From an uncultured Solobacterium sp. (lineage in GTDB: Bacteria > Bacillota_I > Bacilli_A > Erysipelotrichales > Erysipelotrichaceae): a stretch of DNA of 64,000 nt. Below are positions 57,080 through 64,000 of the stretch, piece after piece. The notes under the pieces were generated by a model that was not told the DNA's origin, did not search any database, and was given only the letters and a program-made list of their open reading frames with translations. The stretch spans positions 40,590 to 104,589 of the forward strand of contig URCJ01000001.1 of the NCBI GenBank assembly GCA_900546285.1, given 5' to 3'. Positions within the stretch are counted from its first letter, which is position 1. The number at the start of each line of letters is the position of its first letter. The position numbers and the translations under genes were made by a program.

Positions 57080-58588
57080 ATGCCAGAAAAAACAAATGCA
57101 AATATAGGATTTGAAAAAGAGTTATGGGATGCTGCTTGTGTTCTCTGGGGACATATACCAGCTGCAGAATATCGTAAAGTGTTAGTTGGTTTAATATTTT
57201 TAAGATATATCTCTAGTGCTTTTGAAAAAAGATACAACGAGCTATTGAATGAAGGTGAAGGTTTCGAAGATGACAGAGATGCTTACTCGGAGAAAAATGT
57301 TTTCTTTGTTCCAAAGGATGCTAGATGGGAAACAATTGCAAAAGCTGCTCATACACCTGAAATTGGCGTAGTGTTGGATAATGCAATGCGTGAGATAGAA
57401 AAAGAAAATCCAACATTAAAAAACGTATTACCTAAGAATTATGCTAGTCCAGATTTAGATAAAACTGTATTAGGCCAAGTTGTTGATATTTTTACCAATA
57501 AAATCAAGATGGAAAGCAATGGATCAGATGAGGATTTATTAGGAAGAACATATGAATATTGTATTGCACAATTTGCTTCAAAAGAAGGGAAGGATGGCGG
57601 AGAATTCTATACGCCTGCAAGTATTGTTAGGACCCTTGTTGAGATATTAAAACCATTTGAAAATTGTCGTGTTTATGATCCTGCTTGTGGTTCTGGAGGC
57701 ATGTTTGTTCAAAGTGCTAAATTTATAGAAGCTCACAACGGGAAAAGAGGGGCTATTTCTGTTTATGGACAAGAAGCAAACTCCGACACTTGGAAAATGG
57801 CGAAAATGAATATGGCAATTAGAGGAATCGATGCTGATTTTGGTCCATATCATGCAGATACCTTTACTAAGGACTTACACCCAACATTAAAAGCGGACTT
57901 TGTATTAGCTAATCCACCTTTTAATTATCATCCTTGGAACCAAGAAAAATTAATAGAGGATAAGCGTTGGAAATATGGTACACCACCAGCGAATAACGCT
58001 AACTTTGCATGGATACAACATATGATTTATCATTTGGCTCCTAATGGAAAAATTGGTTTGGTTTTAGCAAACGGTGCACTATCATCTCAAACTGGTGGAG
58101 AAGGAGAAATCCGAAAGAAAATTATTGAAGATGACTTGATTGAAGGAATTATTTCGATGCCAACTCAATTGTTCTATAGTGTAACTATACCTGTTACTCT
58201 TTGGTTTATTTCAAAGAATAAAAAACAAAAAGAAAAAACTGTTTTTATAGATGCTAGAAAAATGGGACATATGGTTGATAGAACGCATAGAGATTTGTCA
58301 GATGATGATATCAAACTATTGGGAGATACATTTGTGGCTTTCCAAGAAGGTACTTTGGAAGATCAAAAGGGATTTTGTTCAGTAAAAACAATAGAAGATA
58401 TTGCTAAACAAGATTATATTCTTACTCCAGGCAGATATGTTGGGATTGAAGATACTAACGAAGATGATGAACCGTTCGATGAAAAAATGACTAGATTAAC
58501 ATCCGAATTATCAGAAATGTTCGCTAAATCACACGAATTAGAAGATGAAATTCGCAAGAAGCTGGGGGCGATAGGGTATGAAATATAA
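57080..58588 (+). CDS. hsdM: Type I restriction-modification methyltransferase subunit
   Basis: Motif I DPACGSGGMF and motif IV LANPPFN. Start chosen at MPEKTN behind the RBS AAAGAAAGGA; the track ORF starts 27 nt earlier. Confidence 0.9.
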   Translation: MPEKTNANIGFEKELWDAACVLWGHIPAAEYRKVLVGLIFLRYISSAFEKRYNELLNEGEGFEDDRDAYSEKNVFFVPKDARWETIAKAAHTPEIGVVLDNAMREIEKENPTLKNVLPKNYASPDLDKTVLGQVVDIFTNKIKMESNGSDEDLLGRTYEYCIAQFASKEGKDGGEFYTPASIVRTLVEILKPFENCRVYDPACGSGGMFVQSAKFIEAHNGKRGAISVYGQEANSDTWKMAKMNMAIRGIDADFGPYHADTFTKDLHPTLKADFVLANPPFNYHPWNQEKLIEDKRWKYGTPPANNANFAWIQHMIYHLAPNGKIGLVLANGALSSQTGGEGEIRKKIIEDDLIEGIISMPTQLFYSVTIPVTLWFISKNKKQKEKTVFIDARKMGHMVDRTHRDLSDDDIKLLGDTFVAFQEGTLEDQKGFCSVKTIEDIAKQDYILTPGRYVGIEDTNEDDEPFDEKMTRLTSELSEMFAKSHELEDEIRKKLGAIGYEI

Positions 58589-59753
58589 AATGGAAGATGT
58601 TTTAGAAGCCTTGATTGATTATCGTGGTAAGACTCCTAGGAAATCAGAAACGGGTATTCCTACATTGAGTGCAAAATCCGTAAAGGACGGATATATTGAT
58701 TATTCCAGTTGCTATTATATTTCACCAGAAGAATATCAACGCTTTATGGTTAGAGGATTTCCAAAGGTCGGCGATGTTTTGTTAACTACTGAAGCACCAA
58801 TGGGAAATGTTGCACGACTGGATAGAGAAGATATTGGAATTGCACAAAGGTTATTAACTTTGAGAGGGAAAAAAGATGTTTGCGATACAGACTATCTTCG
58901 GTATTGGCTAAAGTCTCCTTATGGTAAGGCGGCGTTAAGTTCCAGAGAAACAGGGACAACAGTAACTGGAATCAAACAGGCAGAATTCAGAAAAATTGTA
59001 ATTGATTTGCCGGACATTGAAACACAGAAAAAGGCGGTTTCCATCTTATTAAGCTTAGAAAGAAAACTTGAGGTAAATAATGAGATAAACAATAATTTAC
59101 TTGAACAAGTGCTTGCCATATACCGTCATCGTTTTGTAGATACTACAAACGAATTGAGACAAATTTATCGTGCTGATGAATATTTTGATATTTCCATTGG
59201 TAAAACTCCTCCGAGAAAAGAACAACAATGGTTTAGCACTAATCCAAAAGATGTTACTTGGGTATCTATTTCCGATATGGGTACTTGTGGTTTATACATT
59301 AGCGAGAGTTCCGAACAACTTACAAGAGAAGCCGTTGACCGTCATAATGTCAAAATCGTACCTGACAATACCGTTTTGCTTAGTTTCAAATTGACAGTTG
59401 GCAGAATTGCAATAACGAACGGCGAAATGACTACCAACGAAGCCATTGCTCATTTCAAAACCGACAAAAAAGAAATCAATGAGTACTTATATTGCTATCT
59501 GAAATGCTTTAATTATCAGACTATGGGAAGCACTTCATCAATCGCAACTGCTGTGAACTCAAAAATCATTAAAGGTATGTCTTTCATAGTACCTACCGAT
59601 GAAGAAATAACTGAATTTCACAGTTTAGCAGCTCCTATGTTTGCAAAAATCAAGTCAAATCAAGCTGAAATAAGCAATTTGACAGCACTTCGTGATACTC
59701 TTTTACCCAAATTGATGTCCGGCGAGCTTGATATCTCCGACACCGAACTCTAA
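58578..59753 (+). CDS. hsdS: Type I restriction-modification specificity subunit (two TRDs)
   Basis: 391 aa with two TRDs, each followed by the conserved helical spacer (LPDIETQKKAVSILLSLERKLE; TEFHSLAAPMFAKIK). Overlaps hsdM by 11 nt. Confidence 0.85.
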   Translation: MKYKMEDVLEALIDYRGKTPRKSETGIPTLSAKSVKDGYIDYSSCYYISPEEYQRFMVRGFPKVGDVLLTTEAPMGNVARLDREDIGIAQRLLTLRGKKDVCDTDYLRYWLKSPYGKAALSSRETGTTVTGIKQAEFRKIVIDLPDIETQKKAVSILLSLERKLEVNNEINNNLLEQVLAIYRHRFVDTTNELRQIYRADEYFDISIGKTPPRKEQQWFSTNPKDVTWVSISDMGTCGLYISESSEQLTREAVDRHNVKIVPDNTVLLSFKLTVGRIAITNGEMTTNEAIAHFKTDKKEINEYLYCYLKCFNYQTMGSTSSIATAVNSKIIKGMSFIVPTDEEITEFHSLAAPMFAKIKSNQAEISNLTALRDTLLPKLMSGELDISDTEL

Positions 59754-59846
59754 GCCGCTAAATTATTGTTTATTTAGCGTTAATAGAAGTTTAAATGATA
59801 GTTAGATATAATAAAAATAATGATGCTATAGTAAGGAGAAAACAAT

Positions 59847-62800
59847 ATGGCAACTTATTACACTGAGTCAGATTATGAAAAATCAATAATCGAGTTATTC
59901 CGAGGTATGGGATATCAGTATTTTTATGGCCCAGATATTGAACGAGACTACAATTGTCCTTTATTTGAGGAAGAATTAGAGTCTGCTTTATATCGATTAA
60001 ATCCTAAAATGCCAAATGATGCTATTCAAGATGCTTTATATAAGTTAAAGAATTTTGAAAATGCTAGCTTAGTTCAAAAAAATGAAGTATTCATGGATTA
60101 TGTTCAAAATGGAATCGAAGTTCATTACTTTAAAAAGAACGAAGAACGTTCTGGAATAGTGTATTTAATAGATTATAAGAATATAAATAAAAACTCCTTT
60201 ATTGTAGCGAATCAATGGACCTATATTGAAAACAGCAATAAGAGGCCTGATGTGATTTTGTTTGTTAATGGGTTACCTTTGGTCTTAATTGAATTAAAAT
60301 CTCCTTCTAGAGAAGAGACAGATGCTTCGGAAGGGTATACACAAATAAGAAATTATCTACAAGAAATACCTTCGATGTTTATTTATAATTGCATTTGTGT
60401 TATAAGCGATCAACTTACATCTAAGGCTGGAACTATAACTTCAAGTGAAGATCGTTTCATGGAGTGGAAAACAAAAGATGGCAATTATGAAAATACGCAA
60501 TATGCGCAATTTGATACTTTCTTTGAAGGAATGTTTGAAAAATCTCGATTGTTGGATATTATAAAAAACTTCATTTGTTTTTCAAATGAAGGATTAGAAA
60601 AATACAAAATACTTGCTGGATATCATCAATATTTTGCGGTTAAAAAAGCAATTGAATCAACAAAAAAGGCTACAGTTACAGACGGTAAAGGTGGTGTTTT
60701 TTGGCATACTCAAGGTAGTGGAAAATCTTTATCTATGGTATTCTACGCTCATTTGCTACAAGAAGAATTAGAAAGTCCAACGATAGTTGTGATTACGGAC
60801 AGAAATGATTTGGATGACCAACTTTTTGGACAATTTTCAAAATGTCGAGATTTTTTAAGACAAACACCAATTCAAGCTACTTGTAGAAAATTAGGCCCTA
60901 ATTCTACCACTAACGATATAGGCTTGATAGACTGGCTAAATGACAGGCAAGCAAATGGCATCATTTTTACTACGATGCAAAAATTCGAAGAAGCAGAAGA
61001 ATCCTTATCTGAACGTAGAAATATCATAGTTATGGCTGATGAAGCGCATCGAGGACAATATGGACTTAAAGAAGTGGTTGACCCAACTACCGGAAAAATA
61101 AAAGTTGGAACAGCTAGAATTATACGTAACTCTTTGCCTAATGCAACATATATTGGATTTACCGGAACTCCTATTTCTTTAAAAGATAGAAGTACTCAAG
61201 AGGTGTTTGGAAATTATATCGATATTTATGATATGACTCAAGCGGTAGAAGATGGTGCAACTCGACCAGTTTACTATGAAAGCCGTGTTATTAAATTGAA
61301 ACTTGATGAAGAGACATTGAAACTAATTGATTCCGAATATGATACTATGGCTAATAATGCTGATCCTGAAGTAATTGCTAAAAGTAAGAAAACATTGGGA
61401 AAAATGGAAGCTATCCTGGGCAATGATAAAACAATTGAATCTTTAGTTAATGACATTTTGGATCATTACGAAAATTATAGAGAAAATATACTAACTGGAA
61501 AAGCAATGGTTGTGGCTTATTCTAGACCCATTGCATTAAAAATATATAATCGTATCTTGGAACTAAGACCTAATTGGAAAGATAAAGTTGCTGTTGTAAT
61601 GACAGAAAGCAACAAAGATCCTGAAGAATGGCGTAGTATTATTGGCAATAAACGGCATAGAAATGAATTAGCAAAATCTTTTAAAGATAATAATAGTCCA
61701 CTAAAAATCGCGATTGTTGTTGATATGTGGTTGACTGGTTTTAATGTACCTTCTTTAGCCACCATGTATGTATATAAACCAATGCAGGGGTACAATTTGA
61801 TGCAGGCCATTGCTCGCGTAAATAGAGTATTTGAGAATAAAGAAGGTGGTTTGGTTGTTGATTATGTAGGAATTGCTGGCGCTTTAAAACAAGCGATGAA
61901 TGATTATACAAAAAGAGATAAGAAAAACTATGGAGATACAGATGTATCTAAAGTGGCTTATCCAAAATTTGTGGAAAAATTATCAATTTGTAGAGATTTA
62001 TTCCATGGATATGATTATTCAAAGTTCATATCAGGAACTGACTTGGAAAGATCAAAGACCATTAGTGGTGCTGTTAATTTTATTGTTGGGGTTGGCAAAG
62101 AATCGGAGCGAGAATCTTTTATTAAAGAGGGATTAATGCTTAGACAATCACTATCATTGTGTTCTTCTTTAGTGGAAGAAGCTTTACGTGTTGAAGCTGC
62201 TTTCTTTGAATCTGTTAGAGTTTTGGTAATGAGACTTGTTGATAAAGGTGAAGGAAAAAGAATTTCTTTGCCAGAGATGAATGAGCGTATAAATGAGTTA
62301 TTAAAGACCAGTATCAAGAGTGATGGAGTAATCAATTTATTTTCAGATGCATCTGAAGACTTTTCATTATTCGATCCAAAGTTTTTAGCTGAAATTTCAA
62401 AAATGAAAGAAAAGAACTTAGCGGTTGAATTATTAAAAAAATTAATTGCTGATCAAGTTCAAGTATATAAGCATACAAACGTTGTTAAGGCTGAAAAATT
62501 CAGTGAAATAATAAAAAGAGTTATGAATTCATATTTAAACGGAATGCTAACTAACGAACAAGTTATAGAAGAATTGCTTAATTTGGCAAAACAGATTAAA
62601 TCATCACAAGAAGAAGGTGATGAGCTAGGTTTAACGGCAGATGAATTAGCTTTTTATGACGCGTTAACAAAACCGAGAGCGATAAAAGATTTTTATGAAA
62701 ATGAAGAATTGATAGCTATTACTAAAGAATTGGCTAATTCACTACGCAAGAATAGAACAATTGATTGGCAAAAAAGAGAGTCAGCAAGAGCTCATATGAG

Positions 62801-63035
62801 AATGATGATAAAAAGGCTTTTGAAAAAACATCATTATCCACCAGAAGGCATGGAAGATGCGGTACAAACTGTAATGATTCAATGTGAACTTTGGACAGAT
62901 AATATGCCTGAAGAAGTTTTAAAAACAAATGAAGATCCTGATTATTTCTGCTATGATTTTAGTGCACCTTCATTTGCGATAGCTGATAGTGGTATCAAAT
63001 ATGATACTGACGATAAGAAAGATAAAGATAACTAA
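59847..63035 (+). CDS. hsdR: Type I restriction enzyme R subunit (helicase-nuclease)
   Basis: 1062 aa with an N-terminal PD-(D/E)xK region (ILFVNGLPLVLIELK), helicase motifs (HTQGSGKS, MADEAHRGQ, TGTPI) and a C-terminal helical domain. Confidence 0.9.
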   Translation: MATYYTESDYEKSIIELFRGMGYQYFYGPDIERDYNCPLFEEELESALYRLNPKMPNDAIQDALYKLKNFENASLVQKNEVFMDYVQNGIEVHYFKKNEERSGIVYLIDYKNINKNSFIVANQWTYIENSNKRPDVILFVNGLPLVLIELKSPSREETDASEGYTQIRNYLQEIPSMFIYNCICVISDQLTSKAGTITSSEDRFMEWKTKDGNYENTQYAQFDTFFEGMFEKSRLLDIIKNFICFSNEGLEKYKILAGYHQYFAVKKAIESTKKATVTDGKGGVFWHTQGSGKSLSMVFYAHLLQEELESPTIVVITDRNDLDDQLFGQFSKCRDFLRQTPIQATCRKLGPNSTTNDIGLIDWLNDRQANGIIFTTMQKFEEAEESLSERRNIIVMADEAHRGQYGLKEVVDPTTGKIKVGTARIIRNSLPNATYIGFTGTPISLKDRSTQEVFGNYIDIYDMTQAVEDGATRPVYYESRVIKLKLDEETLKLIDSEYDTMANNADPEVIAKSKKTLGKMEAILGNDKTIESLVNDILDHYENYRENILTGKAMVVAYSRPIALKIYNRILELRPNWKDKVAVVMTESNKDPEEWRSIIGNKRHRNELAKSFKDNNSPLKIAIVVDMWLTGFNVPSLATMYVYKPMQGYNLMQAIARVNRVFENKEGGLVVDYVGIAGALKQAMNDYTKRDKKNYGDTDVSKVAYPKFVEKLSICRDLFHGYDYSKFISGTDLERSKTISGAVNFIVGVGKESERESFIKEGLMLRQSLSLCSSLVEEALRVEAAFFESVRVLVMRLVDKGEGKRISLPEMNERINELLKTSIKSDGVINLFSDASEDFSLFDPKFLAEISKMKEKNLAVELLKKLIADQVQVYKHTNVVKAEKFSEIIKRVMNSYLNGMLTNEQVIEELLNLAKQIKSSQEEGDELGLTADELAFYDALTKPRAIKDFYENEELIAITKELANSLRKNRTIDWQKRESARAHMRMMIKRLLKKHHYPPEGMEDAVQTVMIQCELWTDNMPEEVLKTNEDPDYFCYDFSAPSFAIADSGIKYDTDDKKDKDN

Positions 63036-63177
63036 TCGAATTAGTATACAACCATCTTTTTCCAAGAATATAGAATAAAACTTATATATTGAATGATTAA
63101 TAAAACTTTACACAAGGATAAGGCGCTTTTGCGATAATTGTTTTTATAATTTTCTTAATGATATAATGAAGTAGTTA

Positions 63178-63546
63178 TTGGAGGTCAAAATGCCTATAAA
63201 TACTAAAACAAATTATGGAGATATCAAAATATCTGATGAGGCTATCGCATCTTTAGCTGGTAGTACTGTATGTGAATGCTATGGCATCGTTGGAGTTGTC
63301 TCAAAATCTTATGTAAAAGATAGTTACAATGCTCTTTTAAAGAAAGAAAGCTATTCAAAGGGCGTTCTTCTTTCTAAGAAAGGCAATGATTTAAAAATTG
63401 ACATTTATGTTGTTGTTTCAGCAGGTGTGAAGATTTCAGAAGTTATTATGGAAGCACAAAAGCGTGTTAAGTATACTGTTGAAAAATCTATTAATATGGA
63501 TGTTAAAGAAGTAAATATTCATGTTGAAAGGGTTAAAGGAAACTAA
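63178..63546 (+). CDS. Asp23/Gls24-family (alkaline shock) protein
   Basis: 122 aa; DIKISDEAIASLAGSTVCECYGIVGVVS. Confidence 0.8.
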   Translation: MEVKMPINTKTNYGDIKISDEAIASLAGSTVCECYGIVGVVSKSYVKDSYNALLKKESYSKGVLLSKKGNDLKIDIYVVVSAGVKISEVIMEAQKRVKYTVEKSINMDVKEVNIHVERVKGN

Positions 63547-63548
63547 TA

Positions 63549-64000
63549 ATGAAATTATTGAACGGAAAAGATTTTAAGGAAATGCTTAGTAGTGGTGCTG
63601 CTAATCTTGATAATAATCAAGCTGAAATAAATGCACTAAATGTTTTCCCAGTACCAGATGGTGATACAGGTACCAATATGTCTATGACATTTAACAGTGG
63701 TGCTAAGGAAGCTAACCAATGTTTCTCAAATAATATTGGTGATGTTGCTAAGTCATTGTCTAAGGGTTTACTTATGGGAGCTAGAGGTAACTCTGGCGTT
63801 ATTACATCTCAAATCTTTAGAGGCTTCGCTCAAAGTATTGAGGGTAAGGAAGAAATCAATACTAAGGAATTAGCTGAAGCATTTGAAAATGGTACAAGAG
63901 TTGCTTATAAGGCAATTATGAAGCCAGTTGAGGGTACTATCCTAACTGTTATTCGTGAGGCTTCTTGGTATGCAAATAGGGAAGTTAAGGAAAATCCTAA
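63549..64000 (+). CDS. DAK2-domain protein (FakA/YloV-like), 5' part; continues beyond the window
   Basis: MKLLNGKDFKEMLSSGAANL...PVPDGDTGTNM (DAK2 phosphate-binding motif). Gene order Asp23 then DAK2 is the conserved pairing. Confidence 0.75.
   Translation, partial: MKLLNGKDFKEMLSSGAANLDNNQAEINALNVFPVPDGDTGTNMSMTFNSGAKEANQCFSNNIGDVAKSLSKGLLMGARGNSGVITSQIFRGFAQSIEGKEEINTKELAEAFENGTRVAYKAIMKPVEGTILTVIREASWYANREVKENP

Noticed and set aside
54792-59753. Phase-variable Type I system (hsdS shuffling between the TRD of the fusion gene and the hsdS TRDs).
   Set aside because: There is no site-specific recombinase gene, no inverted repeats shared between the TRD-coding regions and no silent hsdS' copies. 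The TRD sequences are unrelated at the protein level.

Overview
AT-rich, low-GC Firmicutes-type chromosomal segment using the standard genetic code (TGG encodes Trp, TGA terminates). The gene content loosely suggests an Erysipelotrichia-like gut anaerobe, but no search was run and that is only an impression. Most of the window is housekeeping: a complete F1Fo ATP synthase operon (atpI-like through atpC), pyrB-pyrI-pyrC, pflB-pflA, ppdK, dnaE followed by an OmpR/histidine-kinase pair, ispG translationally coupled to a csoR-copA copper operon, a CUT2-type sugar ABC transporter, a polar-amino-acid ABC transporter and cls. Accessory content is interleaved. (1) At 54.7-63.0 kb, directly after atpC, sits a complete Type I R-M locus (hsdM-hsdS-hsdR). 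It is preceded by a second HsdM-like methyltransferase fused to a single HsdS-type target-recognition domain, whose catalytic motif IV reads FPPF rather than (N/D/S)PP(F/Y), and by an overlapping 178-aa protein with no recognisable family. This module lies behind a promoter overlapped by three palindromic direct repeats, and I regard it as the best candidate for an undescribed system. (2) At 34.67-36.55 kb is an IS605-type element with an intact TnpB that lacks the C-terminal zinc-finger cysteines, plus a truncated and frameshifted tnpA. (3) A roughly 1.3 kb two-gene cassette (a secreted beta-rich protein and a membrane-anchored partner) lies between pflA and cls, bracketed by a duplicated 29-30-nt terminator hairpin. 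(4) An SOS/mutagenesis-type cassette comprises a NusG paralogue, a YolD-like protein, a Y-family polymerase and a divergent XRE-HTH/S24 LexA-like repressor. Two leaders look regulatory: a probable lysine-riboswitch-like element before the amino-acid ABC transporter and a terminator/antiterminator attenuator before pyrB. Two sets of thrice-iterated direct repeats with about 32-bp phasing were also found. All calls come from reading the sequence and the ORF translations by eye; no database search or folding was run.
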